Of a DNA stretch of 64,000 bases, positions 40,959 through 50,847 are shown one piece after another. The position numbers and the translations under genes were made by a program. Position 1 is the first letter of the stretch. Each line of letters opens with the position of its first letter. Source of the stretch: Polyangiaceae bacterium (GTDB lineage Bacteria; Myxococcota_A; Polyangia; Polyangiales; Polyangiaceae); NCBI GenBank assembly GCA_033763455.1, contig JANRKO010000060.1:78586-142585 (forward strand). The letters are read 5' to 3'. The notes under the pieces are model-generated. The model was not told the origin of the DNA. It was given only the letters and a program-made list of their open reading frames with translations, and ran no database searches.

Positions 40959-40990
40959 TTAACCTCTGGGTTAATTAACTAGAAGGTGTA
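40959..40990. promoter_or_regulatory. Putative ArsR operator: TTAACC-N4-GGTTAA followed by a degenerate TTAACT-N4-GGTGTA
   Basis: Perfect palindrome at 40959-40974 and a second imperfect box abutting the ArsR start codon. Confidence 0.65.
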
Positions 40991-41359
40991 ATGCAGGATG
41001 CGCTCACACAAAAGTTCTCCGCCCTCGCCGATCCCACACGGCGGGCGATGCTGGAGCAGCTCTCGCGAGGCACGGCGAGTGTTTCGGATCTTGCCAAGCC
41101 TTTTCTGAAGGAGATGAGCCTGCCCGCAGTGACCAAGCACCTCAAGGTGTTGGAGGCAGCTGGCCTCATTACCAAATCACGGGATGCGCAGTGGCGCCCT
41201 TGTACGCTGAACGCCGAGGCCTTGAAGCATGTCTCGGACTGGATGGAGCAGTACCGAATCTTCTGGGAGGAGAGCTTGGACAGGCTCGATGCCTATCTGA
41301 AAACCGTCACACAAAAGAAAGCCACGAAGGGTAAGAAAAATGGCCGCAAGCAAGTCTAA
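40991..41359 (+). CDS. ArsR/SmtB family transcriptional regulator
   Basis: FSALADPTRRAML, SLPAVTKHLKVLEAAGLI and AQWRPC. Confidence 0.92.
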   Translation: MQDALTQKFSALADPTRRAMLEQLSRGTASVSDLAKPFLKEMSLPAVTKHLKVLEAAGLITKSRDAQWRPCTLNAEALKHVSDWMEQYRIFWEESLDRLDAYLKTVTQKKATKGKKNGRKQV

Positions 41360-42284
41360 CGAGTTGAAAATAGTTCGGCTCTATGAAGCGCCTATTCAGG
41401 CGGTGTGGGATGCGTGGGCAGATCCGGCGCAGGTAGCAAAGTGGTGGGGGCCTCGCGGCTTCACGATTACCACGCACAGCAAAGATCTGAAGCCCGGTGG
41501 CCACTGGCGCTACACGATGCATGGCCCCGATGGTATGGATTACCCGAACGTTACACATTACTTCGAGGTCGAGAAGTACTCGAAGCTCGTTTACGATCAC
41601 GGTGCCACCGATGATCGCCCGGCTCTCTTCCGCGTGACGGTGCTTTTTAGCGAAAGTGAAGGGAAAACGCGGCTTGAAATGACTATGGCATTCGTCTCCG
41701 CGGAGGCCTCGGAGGAGGCGAGCAAGTTCATCAAACGAGCTAGTGGTGAATCAACCTGGGATAGGCTCGCTGAGTATCTGGAGCAGAAGGCCACCGGGCG
41801 AGAGACCTTCGTTATCAATCGAAGCTTCGCTGTGCCAATTTCCACCATGTTCGAGATGTGGACCAACCCAAAGCACTTTTCTCAATGGATGGGACCCAAG
41901 GGCTCCACGATGGAGTTCATTCGGAGTGATATCCGCCCGGGTGGCAGCACTTTCTATGTCATGACCAGCGAAGGCGGCCCCAAGCTCTATGGGCGCGCTC
42001 AATACCTGAAGGTCGAAACCCCAACCAGCCTCGTTTATACGCAAGAGTTCGTGGACGAACACGAGAATATCTCCCGGCATCCTTTTGCGCCGACGTGGCC
42101 CGAAGCGATGCTCACGAGCGTAACGTTGAGCGAAGAGGGCCCGAATCAAACGCGGGTTACGGTCTGCTGGGCACCCCATGGAGCGACAACGGCTGAAGAG
42201 CTCACGACCTTCATTCAAGGGCGAGGCGGGATGACGCAGGGGTGGACTGGATCATTCGATAAATTGGAGGCTTACCTCAACTAA
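41340..42284 (+). CDS. Tandem SRPBCC (AHSA1-like) domain protein
   Basis: Two repeats of W..P.....W.GP.G...D.(K/R)PGG; C-terminal GWTGSFDKL. Confidence 0.9.
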   Translation: MAASKSNELKIVRLYEAPIQAVWDAWADPAQVAKWWGPRGFTITTHSKDLKPGGHWRYTMHGPDGMDYPNVTHYFEVEKYSKLVYDHGATDDRPALFRVTVLFSESEGKTRLEMTMAFVSAEASEEASKFIKRASGESTWDRLAEYLEQKATGRETFVINRSFAVPISTMFEMWTNPKHFSQWMGPKGSTMEFIRSDIRPGGSTFYVMTSEGGPKLYGRAQYLKVETPTSLVYTQEFVDEHENISRHPFAPTWPEAMLTSVTLSEEGPNQTRVTVCWAPHGATTAEELTTFIQGRGGMTQGWTGSFDKLEAYLN

Positions 42285-42303
42285 AGGCGGGCCTCACGAA
42301 CGT

Positions 42304-44217
42304 CTATTGCCACCACTGGTCGTCGAAAAGGCCTGCACGTGCGGTGCCTGAAGCAGGCTTTTTTGGCGCCGATTGGGCTTCAGTCGCAGAAACGGGAGCT
42401 TCTTTTTTGGTGGCAGCCTTGCTTGTGGGTGCGGGCGCTTCTGAGGGGGCGTCGGTTGCTTGCTCCGCCGGGCGTTTCTTCGGGCGTGAAGCCGTGACGA
42501 CAGGCCCGGAAGCGACAACCGTGGTGGCCACCGCTGGGGGAGCGCTCGCGGCTGGCTGCGCTGGGGACGCGGGAGGGGGAGCAGGGGTAGCGATGTTCGC
42601 TGTGGTTGGCACGGCTGTGGTTGGCGTAGCTGCAGGTGGCACGGCTGTGGCCACAGGCTGCGGTGCGATAACTAAGGGCTGCGGAGCAGGCAAAGGGCTC
42701 CGCTCAAGCGCAACGGGCCTTGCGGTACCGAGCGCCTCTCCTTTTGCGGCGACCGCGCCTTGTTTTGCGCCGCTAGGAAATAGCTGAAATGCCAACAACC
42801 CAAGGACACCGATAGCTAACGCTGCGAGCAACAGATTCGTGGTGCGAGCGCCCGATCGATTGCCGGTGACCTGAGGCTGTGCAGGCGCAGGGAGCGATTG
42901 CACCGGGGCTTGTTGGGCCGGCGCAACGACGGGCGCAGTCGATCCAGCCTGTGCGACCGAAGGCGGGGGAGCCGCTGAAACGACCGGGGAAGGGGGCAAA
43001 ATCGGCTCTTGATCAGCCGTGGCGATCGGCGCCGGTGGGGTCGAGACGAACAGGGGCGGAGGCATGCGCGGGGCCTGCGTGCTTGCGCCGGGGAGCGGAG
43101 GCGGAGTGCGCGCACTCGGAACCTCAGGGAGATCCCATGACCGCGCTTCGGGGCGCTGAGTGTCGCGTTCGTCTTGGCGGGTATAGACCGCTGGGGGCTC
43201 GGAGCTACGCGTCCTCTCTTGCAGCGCTTCCTTTAAGGCGTGCACGGTCTGAAATCGATCATCGCGAGATTTTCGCAAGCAACGGAGTAGTGTGCGCTCC
43301 AGGCTCTCCGGAATATCCCGCCGTAAGCTTCGAGCGGGCGTTGGTGGATCGGCCACGATCTTCGCCAAGAGGCCTGGCACCGTGCGGTCCTCAAACACAG
43401 GTTGCCCCGTGAGCAATTCGTACAAGATCGCCCCGAGGCTCCATACATCGGTGCGAACATCTAGGTGGCCGGGATCTCGCGCGTGCTCTGGCGCCAGGTA
43501 ACGCAGCGAAAGTGGGACCGAAGCCATCGATAACATCCCGGCGCCGGCGCTTCCGAGATCTGTGGCTTCAGTGCTGGAGGTGGTGAACCCGACGATGCGA
43601 ATGATGGGTGAGCCGTCCGCGGAGCGACACACGAAGATATTTTCAGTGCTGAGCCCGCCGTGAATCACGTTCAAATCATGGGCAGCTGCAACGCCCACGC
43701 ACGCCTGGAGGATGTAGTCGACGGCTTCCGGTATGGGTAGGGCTCCTCGTACCTTGATCACCTGCGCCAGATCTGGACCAGTGGGCTGCTCGGTGACCAT
43801 GTAGGGCGGGCCAAAATCGAGCATCCCCACGTCTAAGACGCGCGCGACGTGTTCACTTCGAACCTGGGAAAGACGACGCGCCCCAGTAAGGAAGTCGCCA
43901 ACGGCATCAGGGAAGGCAAGAGCCTCCGGGCGAAGGTATTTCAACGTGGCGGCTTCATCCAGCACGAGGTGCCTCACCTGCAGCAAGGTCGCGAGCCCAA
44001 CGTCGGCGATGCGGCGTTCGACCCGATACTTACCAGCTACCACTTCGCCGGGCCGAACGTGTCGACGTGCTCGCACAAGTGCAGCGGAGTGCGGTGGCAC
44101 GGAATACGAACGCTGAGAACTCACTTGATGGTCCCGCGGTTCTTCATCGAGCAACTCGTCCTCGCGAACGTCCAGCTCTTCCTCAGCGGCTAATACACTC
44201 CGAAACGATTCGTTCAT
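42304..44217 (-). CDS. Membrane-spanning Ser/Thr kinase-like protein with degenerate catalytic motifs (probable pseudokinase)
   Basis: Kinase fold retained (YLAPE, DVWSLGAILYELLTG), but HGGLSTEN replaces HRDLKPEN and DFG is absent. Pro-rich linker, TM helix and Pro/Ala-rich tail. Confidence 0.85.
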   Translation of the reverse strand: MNESFRSVLAAEEELDVREDELLDEEPRDHQVSSQRSYSVPPHSAALVRARRHVRPGEVVAGKYRVERRIADVGLATLLQVRHLVLDEAATLKYLRPEALAFPDAVGDFLTGARRLSQVRSEHVARVLDVGMLDFGPPYMVTEQPTGPDLAQVIKVRGALPIPEAVDYILQACVGVAAAHDLNVIHGGLSTENIFVCRSADGSPIIRIVGFTTSSTEATDLGSAGAGMLSMASVPLSLRYLAPEHARDPGHLDVRTDVWSLGAILYELLTGQPVFEDRTVPGLLAKIVADPPTPARSLRRDIPESLERTLLRCLRKSRDDRFQTVHALKEALQERTRSSEPPAVYTRQDERDTQRPEARSWDLPEVPSARTPPPLPGASTQAPRMPPPLFVSTPPAPIATADQEPILPPSPVVSAAPPPSVAQAGSTAPVVAPAQQAPVQSLPAPAQPQVTGNRSGARTTNLLLAALAIGVLGLLAFQLFPSGAKQGAVAAKGEALGTARPVALERSPLPAPQPLVIAPQPVATAVPPAATPTTAVPTTANIATPAPPPASPAQPAASAPPAVATTVVASGPVVTASRPKKRPAEQATDAPSEAPAPTSKAATKKEAPVSATEAQSAPKKPASGTARAGLFDDQWWQ

Positions 44218-44348
44218 GGTGCTCCTCGGGGAGCTATACGCCGTAAAGGGCGGACTCGCTCCAGCAAATTCTGCTACAAATAGGCGACATCCATGACGCG
44301 AGCGTGACGATCTGATTCGCTGCGCGTCCGGCCTGCGTGACCGCTAAC

Positions 44349-45200
44349 TCAGCGCTTTACCAACAACGCGTTGTCGAACAACACTTCGAAGCTTGGCTGT
44401 TGGAATGGTTTGGTAACGCCCAAGCTAAACAGTACTGATTGGGCGTTGTCGGGCGCGGTAACCACTTGGCTCAGAGTTGTCCACTTCCCAACCTCACTCG
44501 TGCTGCCACCTTCAGCCACTGACAGGAAGCCCGGAGTGGTGCAGTTCGATGAGCTAAACCAGCGTAGAGCAAGGCCGCCGTTGCCGGTTCCCTGGCCGCC
44601 CGCGATGAACAACTGAACACCAACGTCGTAGGTGCCGGGCGTAATCGAGATGCACTGGCGGGTGTATTCGACGACCTGAAGTATGGACGTGCTAGATACA
44701 ACCGTGAGCTGAACCTTGACCGCCCCCGAGCCCTGATAGGAGCCAGCATCTTGCTCAGCGGCCCAGGTTTGCGTGATGTGTGGATCAGGTAGCCAGAATT
44801 CTAGGTTCTGCGCGAAATCTCCGTTCTGGGCGAGTGACTCCTCGCAATCCAGGACGCGATTCCCATTTAGATCTGGGCATTTCAGAAGTATCGGTGGTCC
44901 CGCCCCACCAGAACCCATTGAACCCACGCCTGCCGTGCCCGCGTGCCCGGCGTTCCCGACCGCACCTCCAGAGGGGCCTATCGGAAGTGCCCCGCCAGCT
45001 GATGCGCCGCCCCTGCCAGCAAGGTTAGACTCAGCACCAGCTTCACCGCCAGCGCCCGAACCTCCTGCGATCGCTCTGCGTACTGAGATCGGTAGAGCCA
45101 GGGCACGATCGTCCACGGCGCAGCCGCCACCAAGTATCACGGGGCTTATGCTTGCGAGGCCGAAACAGAGCAGCCTGGCAGCGCATCGTGGTCGTGACAC
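44349..45200 (-). CDS. Lipoprotein with Gly-rich linker and C-terminal CBM-like beta-sandwich domain
   Basis: Lipobox-like LGGGC; CPDLNGNRVLDCEESLAQNGDF...LFDNALL is paralogous to the C-terminus of 56510-58222. Confidence 0.75.
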   Translation of the reverse strand: MSRPRCAARLLCFGLASISPVILGGGCAVDDRALALPISVRRAIAGGSGAGGEAGAESNLAGRGGASAGGALPIGPSGGAVGNAGHAGTAGVGSMGSGGAGPPILLKCPDLNGNRVLDCEESLAQNGDFAQNLEFWLPDPHITQTWAAEQDAGSYQGSGAVKVQLTVVSSTSILQVVEYTRQCISITPGTYDVGVQLFIAGGQGTGNGGLALRWFSSSNCTTPGFLSVAEGGSTSEVGKWTTLSQVVTAPDNAQSVLFSLGVTKPFQQPSFEVLFDNALLVKR

Positions 45201-46397
45201 CTAGAAGCTCCCCTCGACGATGGCGCCGGTAAGCGAGCGGCCATTGTCTCCCAAGAGCGGCCCGACCCGGACGCCAGACTTCTGGTGCTTCGGTGCGTAG
45301 ACATCTGAGAGGATCAAGAAGCCTCCTACAGCTAACGCCACACCTCCGAGCCCGACGCCGATAAGCCCCTTGGTGCGAGCACTTCGGGCCTCTCGCACGA
45401 GCTCCGTATGGCGCGTGATCTCCGCCACGGTGCAACCCTGGCTGCTGGGGCATACGGCCTTCGCGTCCGCGTTGGAGCTCGAATAATCAGCAAGAAAAGC
45501 GAAACCCACGGCACTAGAGAGGACGCCGTAGCCGGCGATCGCGTAGCCCAGGTATGGTGGAGAACTCTCTTGTGTCTGAATTACCCCACTGTCTTTTGGC
45601 ACAGCCGCAGGCGTAGCCCCAGCGGTTGAAGTGGTTCGGCTTCGCGTTGTTGCCGGCGTGGAAGACGGGCGCTTGGGGCGCTCATCGACTCCGATGAGCG
45701 CAGCGTTTGTTGCGGCTTGGGGAAGCTCGTCGGTGAGCGGCGGGATCTTCACCGAGATAATGGATGGGCACACGGGTACCTCAACTTCAACGGACCACGG
45801 AAGCTTTCCCGGAGCCGAGGCTTGAAGGCTGTACGTGCCGCTAGTGACATAGGAGCCTCGATCCCACGCGCTCGGCTCAATTACCTCACCATCTCGACGC
45901 ACGATCAGCGACTTTACGGGCTTGTCCGCCAAGATCCGCAACTTGCAGAGTCGAGGTTTCAGCAGCTCTGCGCGATTTGAGGCCTCCGCCTCGCGGGCGC
46001 TGTCCCCGGATGCGCGCATTGCTTCGGCAACTTTCAGAAAAAGCGCCCTCGCTTCCACAAGCTTGCCGCGCCGTTCGAGGCAATCAGCGAGATTAAATTG
46101 GGTGGTTACGCGTGGCACCAAGGAAAGGCTTTGCGTGAACAAGAAGCAGGCCTCCTCCACCTCACCATTCTTAGCCTTGGCGAGACCATCGAGGAAAAGC
46201 GTGCGAGCTTCTGCCTCCTTGGGGTCCGCAATTTCAGACGGCTCCGCGTGAGCAGACGGACATAAAGTGACCGCCATAAGCAGCGATGCGAGTAGCCCGA
46301 CTCCCCACCTTTGGCTCCAGAACCCTCTTCGCAATGCCCGCGCCATCATTTTGGGTTGCCGGAAGCTAGTCGAGTTCACTTCTCCTTGATGTGACAA
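45201..46397 (-). CDS. Exported TPR-like protein with Ig/PEGA-like domain and C-terminal hydrophobic segments
   Basis: EARTLFLDG...EEACFLF...FNLADCLERRGKLVEA helical repeats, GTYSLQASAPGK and a C-terminal GAIVEGSF. True start may be the ATG at 46349. Confidence 0.75.
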   Translation of the reverse strand: MSHQGEVNSTSFRQPKMMARALRRGFWSQRWGVGLLASLLMAVTLCPSAHAEPSEIADPKEAEARTLFLDGLAKAKNGEVEEACFLFTQSLSLVPRVTTQFNLADCLERRGKLVEARALFLKVAEAMRASGDSAREAEASNRAELLKPRLCKLRILADKPVKSLIVRRDGEVIEPSAWDRGSYVTSGTYSLQASAPGKLPWSVEVEVPVCPSIISVKIPPLTDELPQAATNAALIGVDERPKRPSSTPATTRSRTTSTAGATPAAVPKDSGVIQTQESSPPYLGYAIAGYGVLSSAVGFAFLADYSSSNADAKAVCPSSQGCTVAEITRHTELVREARSARTKGLIGVGLGGVALAVGGFLILSDVYAPKHQKSGVRVGPLLGDNGRSLTGAIVEGSF

Positions 46398-46427
46398 GTT
46401 GGGGGCAGATTGGTGGCGTTCATATTG

Positions 46428-46859
46428 TTATTCGCAAGTTATCGGAACGATCCCCGAAATTGAATCGCAGCTCCCGTTACTGACGGTCACGTGAACATCA
46501 AAGGAGCCGGGCTCGGTACAGGTATAGGTTGAATTCGCTTCAGAAGGGGCTGAAATGGTGCCTCCGCTTGCAGACCAGTTGTAGTCGAGCGTGCCGCCTT
46601 CAGGATCCACTGCGCGCGCGAAAAGTAAGGCGTGTGTCCCGATCTTTAAGTTTGTGGGTGCCACAATTGCGAACTCAAGCTCTGGACACTGATTCTGGGT
46701 GATTCCCACGATCACAGGCGTTCCCCGCGGCGGACGATTGCCCGAAACGTTTGGCTTAAAGGAAAATGGATCTTCTTGGCCGTAATAGTCTCCGCAAGCC
46801 AGCAAAAGGGCAGTGCTGAATACCGCAAGAACAAGCTCTCCAAAGTAAGCGTCGCGCAT
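46428..46859 (-). CDS. Small lipoprotein consisting of one Ig/PKD-like domain
   Basis: Lipobox LLAC; NQCP...AVDPEG...WSASGG...YTC...VTVSNG.C. Confidence 0.75.
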   Translation of the reverse strand: MRDAYFGELVLAVFSTALLLACGDYYGQEDPFSFKPNVSGNRPPRGTPVIVGITQNQCPELEFAIVAPTNLKIGTHALLFARAVDPEGGTLDYNWSASGGTISAPSEANSTYTCTEPGSFDVHVTVSNGSCDSISGIVPITCE

Positions 46860-47066
46860 TAGGCGGCCGGGACCGTATCATTTAACGACGCTCCCTGTTG
46901 AGTCGCCAAGAAGTGTTCACGTGTTCTTCACACGTTGTTAGATGTGCGTTTAGTTCGTATGCAATGAGTGAAAACCCCCAAAGCGCCCCAACACGTCACG
47001 ACAATGTGACTTCGCGGCTCGTCCGTTCGCCGTAGATTCCGGCAAAGCATGGCGAGGAGAGCCCCT

Positions 47067-48929
47067 ATGAAGACATTCTCGGTAGCACGCTGGGTGGGAT
47101 TTCTTTTCCTGGTTGGCGCCAACGCGGGCGCGGCCCCGCTCATTGGATCGGACGACTTGGCAACGGTGACGCAGCAAGTGTTAGCCAGTTGCGCCGGGGC
47201 AACTGGGATTACTCCCACTTTTGGAACCTCCGCCCAAGCGGAAGCTGCTTTAGCCCAGCGCATCCAAGAAGTCGCGCCGATGACGCGTCCTCTTGACCCA
47301 GCCCCTACCTGTGGAGGGCCGAATGCGAAGGAAAGCGAGGGCGTGGTGTTCGGTTTGGATGCGGCGGTCGCCCTGGGCGCACAGGCGGAGGTGGGCTCTT
47401 GTGCCTTAGCGTATAGCCGTACGCTGGCTGTCACGGACCAAAATGGTAACCCGGGGTTAGATTGTCCGGATTGCAGTGCAGGCTTTTATCAACTCACCGA
47501 TTGGCGCGATGTCTTGCGTGTGCTCCTCGCTGGAATGACCCACGGCGCAGGCTCTGATCTTGCCTCCCAGCAGTGCAATAGTGATGTGCGTCACACACTG
47601 GCTAACTCCTGGGCGTCGTTGTTTCAGGGGGAATGCGGTGCTTCGGGGTGTACCGCTTTGCGCCACATCTTTCGAGCGGAGGACACAGCGGAAGTGTCCG
47701 TTACCCTCTTGAAACTTCTTTCCTTGCCATCCCCCGTAGTGGATGCGGCAGGTGAGCCAATTTCTACCCCATTTTGCAATGGCGGCACTTACGACGACAA
47801 TGACCCGGTCCGCCGCCCGTGCTCCGATGCTGAAGGAGTGTGCGGCGCCGATGGGACACTCGGCTTACTCCTGCCCGCGGCACCAGTGAAGAATGCTCCC
47901 GCATCCGCCGCGTATCCAACAATGCCCTGTAGCACAGGGGTGTACGAGTGGCGTCCAGCTCCAAGCTCGGAACTCTCCTCTTGCCCCGGCGGTGGCCTCA
48001 ACGTCTTCACCCTGTGTTTGGTACCAGGCCTAACACTGCCGGACGGCACCGTTAGCCATCAGTGCTACAAGTCAGAAGCCAACGATGCGCCGTTTTTCAC
48101 GCCTAACAGCGTAAATACAAGGGTTTTTAACAAGTATCTCAGAAATCCCAACGGCTCGTTAGTGATCGATAACCAAGGCCGCGAGGTCTATGGTGCGTTC
48201 TACCGTTTGCACAGCGCCTCCGCGCTTTCACCTTCCGGGCGGCTGTGCACCGAAGCGGATGCACAAGGTGCGCTTGGGTGCTTGCCACAAGCGAGCCAGT
48301 GTAGCCTTAGCCTCGCCCGGCGCGTGGCCACTCGCCAGGCTGGAAGCCACGCGCTTCCGATCAATGCCGTTTCTCCAACGGACGCCAACGTGCGGAAGAT
48401 CTTGCAGAAGCCTGTGCCCGGGGATGCATATCCTCTTTCGAGCAAGCTTCTGATGAACACGATGGTGGGCTCTGAAGAAGTGGTGAGTCTACCGCAAAAG
48501 AACCTGTACGAATGTTTTCGCCGACAACTATTCGCCGAGACGCCCGTGTTGAATGCAGGCTACGTTTCCATTCAGCAGAATGGGATCTGCGAAGATTTCG
48601 ATGAGCGCCAGTGTGGCGCGGTGTTCAACAAGAATAACTGCAAAAAGGGCATTAATTTTTGCCCCAGCATAGGGCTGGTAACTGCCTTTCCACTCCAAGT
48701 TGCCGTGGGCGGTACCGTGTTCTTGTCGGGCTCTGCCAGTGATATTGATGATCCGTTTTCGGATCTGCAAGTGGCGTGGAGCGCGCCCTTTGGCACCTTT
48801 GCTGATTTTCGCTCGCTCGCGACTACCTATACGTGCACTCAAGTTGGCACTGCTCAGCTCAAGCTGACCATCTGGGACGGGGCATGCGATGATGTTTTTT
48901 CTGTGTCTGTAACCTGCGTGGCTCCGTAA
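47067..48929 (+). CDS. Secreted Cys-rich PstS/PBP-like protein with C-terminal Ig/PKD-like domain
   Basis: GAGGAG RBS and signal peptide. GSDDL, APMTRPL, GLDAAV, INAVSPTDANV and YPLSSKL follow the PstS-type motif order. Confidence 0.65.
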   Translation: MKTFSVARWVGFLFLVGANAGAAPLIGSDDLATVTQQVLASCAGATGITPTFGTSAQAEAALAQRIQEVAPMTRPLDPAPTCGGPNAKESEGVVFGLDAAVALGAQAEVGSCALAYSRTLAVTDQNGNPGLDCPDCSAGFYQLTDWRDVLRVLLAGMTHGAGSDLASQQCNSDVRHTLANSWASLFQGECGASGCTALRHIFRAEDTAEVSVTLLKLLSLPSPVVDAAGEPISTPFCNGGTYDDNDPVRRPCSDAEGVCGADGTLGLLLPAAPVKNAPASAAYPTMPCSTGVYEWRPAPSSELSSCPGGGLNVFTLCLVPGLTLPDGTVSHQCYKSEANDAPFFTPNSVNTRVFNKYLRNPNGSLVIDNQGREVYGAFYRLHSASALSPSGRLCTEADAQGALGCLPQASQCSLSLARRVATRQAGSHALPINAVSPTDANVRKILQKPVPGDAYPLSSKLLMNTMVGSEEVVSLPQKNLYECFRRQLFAETPVLNAGYVSIQQNGICEDFDERQCGAVFNKNNCKKGINFCPSIGLVTAFPLQVAVGGTVFLSGSASDIDDPFSDLQVAWSAPFGTFADFRSLATTYTCTQVGTAQLKLTIWDGACDDVFSVSVTCVAP

Positions 48930-49131
48930 TCGGCCCTCGATTCGAACAGGCTGTTCGTTTGGCTACAGGTTCGATGGTTCGCACTGCGTGATTAGTTCAC
49001 ATTGTTTGTGTGAATGCTGCCTACGTGTGCAGCACTATTAGTGCATCTCATGCGCTTAATGCACTTGTGCTACGCGATTGTCTTGATCGTTGCGGTGACA
49101 TTCTCAAGCGCTTTTGCAGGGTATTCGCCTT

Positions 49132-49168
49132 CCTGGCGTCGTACATGGACCCCGCAAATGTAACATCG
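49132..49168 (+). promoter_or_regulatory. Conserved upstream element (copy 1) shared with 50848-50884
   Basis: cctggcgtcgtacatggaccccgcaaatgtaacatcg versus ccaggcgtcgcagaaggatcccggaaatgtaacaccg. Confidence 0.55.
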
Positions 49169-49248
49169 TTGCTGTTTGAATTCGGTTATACGAGTCGCGC
49201 TGCCAATTCTGGGCAGAGTAAGAAATTCAATACTGGAGGTCATTCATC

Positions 49249-50730
49249 GTGACTAAATTCTCATTCGCAAAAGCAACAGTACTCGCGTTGGCCAGCATTT
49301 GCGGCAGCGCAGCTGTCGTCGGCTGCTCCACCGGAAGCGATCAACTCGCACAAGGTAGCGTCGGCGAAGTTGGCCTAAACCTCACCATCGCTCCGGGCGT
49401 GGTTGTCGACGCCGTCACCTTCACGGTGACTGGGAACGGCATCACCCCGATCACCAACAGCATCCCTGTCGCCAGCCTAGGCTCCACGGTTTCCGCCGTT
49501 ATCGGCGGTCTCCCGGCTGGTTCCGGCTACAACATCACCCTTTCCGCCGTTTCGACGGATGGCAAGACGAACTGCGGTGGTTCGGCTCCGTTCAGCGTGG
49601 TAGCTGGCCAGACGACCTCCGTAAGCATCGCTCTGCAGTGCCGTGGTCCTCAGACCACCGGTGGCGTGCAGATCGGTGGCACGTTCAACAACTGCCCCAC
49701 GGTTGACGCCTTGGTGGTATTCCCGCTTGAGGTTACCATCGGCACCCCAATCAGCGTCTTTTCAGGCGCGAGCGATGTCGACGGCAACATGTTGACCACG
49801 TCATGGAGTGCCACGAGCGGCTCGTTCGCAGATGCTGCCGCGGCCAATACAAGCTATTCCTGCGGACTCAAGGGCAGCCAGACCCTGACCGTTACGGTTT
49901 CGGATGGCAACCCTGCTTGCAACGCCACTGCTCAAGTTGCAGTCAACTGCTTGTCTGCGGCTGTTTGCGGCAACAGCGTTGTTGAACCCGGTGAAGCGTG
50001 TGACGACGGCAACACCGTTGGTGGTGACGCGTGCTCTGCTAATTGCTCACAGATCCTCCCAGTTTGCGGCAACAACATCCTTCAGCCCGGTGAAGAGTGT
50101 GAGGATGGTAACAAGGTATCGGGCGACGGCTGCAGCAGCACCTGCCAGACCGAGGCTTGTGGCAACAATCGCGTGGATGCGAACGAAGAGTGCGATCCCC
50201 CGAACGGCGTGACGTGTGACGCACAGTGCAAGAGCATTGGCGTTGTTTGCGGCAACGGCATCAAGCAGGCCAACGAAGCTTGCGACGATGGCAACCTGGT
50301 GAATGGCGACGGTTGTGAGGCTGACTGCACGATCACCCCCGATCCTTGCAAGACCTGCTTGGCCGCTAGCTGCCAAACCAACATCAACGCATGTGCCAAT
50401 GCCACTGGCAACGCTGCTGCGGGTCCCGCAGCGGGTCAGCCCAAGAGCGCACTCTGTGCAGCCATGAACACCTGTGCTGATACCACGAAGTGTGCGAAGG
50501 GTAGCCTTGGTTCTGGTGAAGGTTGCTACTGCGGTACGGTTGACACCACGAGCTGCATTTCCGGTCTCGCTAACGGTCTGTGCAAGACTGAGGCAGAACG
50601 CGCTGCAGAAACCACCAGCGGCCTCACGGTTGGTCAGCGTTGGGTGAACCCTGGGTTTGCGATCGGTCTCTCCGGTCAGTACATCCGTTGTTCACTCCAG
50701 CAGTGCAAGACGCAATGCGGCTTGCAGTAA
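49249..50730 (+). CDS. Cys-rich lipoprotein: Ig-like domains, Myxococcus Cys-rich (DUF4215-like) repeats and one 14-Cys domain
   Basis: GGAGGT RBS, lipobox VVGC and repeats CGN...E.CDDGN...GDGCS..C. Confidence 0.88.
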   Translation: MTKFSFAKATVLALASICGSAAVVGCSTGSDQLAQGSVGEVGLNLTIAPGVVVDAVTFTVTGNGITPITNSIPVASLGSTVSAVIGGLPAGSGYNITLSAVSTDGKTNCGGSAPFSVVAGQTTSVSIALQCRGPQTTGGVQIGGTFNNCPTVDALVVFPLEVTIGTPISVFSGASDVDGNMLTTSWSATSGSFADAAAANTSYSCGLKGSQTLTVTVSDGNPACNATAQVAVNCLSAAVCGNSVVEPGEACDDGNTVGGDACSANCSQILPVCGNNILQPGEECEDGNKVSGDGCSSTCQTEACGNNRVDANEECDPPNGVTCDAQCKSIGVVCGNGIKQANEACDDGNLVNGDGCEADCTITPDPCKTCLAASCQTNINACANATGNAAAGPAAGQPKSALCAAMNTCADTTKCAKGSLGSGEGCYCGTVDTTSCISGLANGLCKTEAERAAETTSGLTVGQRWVNPGFAIGLSGQYIRCSLQQCKTQCGLQ

Positions 50731-50821
50731 GCTAAGCAGTAAAGAAGAGTGCGGGCTCGGCTCGCCTCGCAAACAAAGGAACTGGCGTCGGCACAGTGTG
50801 TCGGCGCCAGCGCCGTTTTGT
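50731..50821 (+). repeat. ~90-bp 3' UTR direct repeat (copy 1)
   Basis: Nearly identical to 54065-54154. Confidence 0.9.
50782..50821 (+). terminator. Putative terminator/stabilising hairpin
   Basis: 13-bp stem ctggcgtcggcac-agt-gtgtcggcgccag (2 G-U pairs) followed by cgccgttttgt. Confidence 0.6.
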
Positions 50822-50847
50822 GGCTTAGCGCGAGTAGCGCCTGGTGC

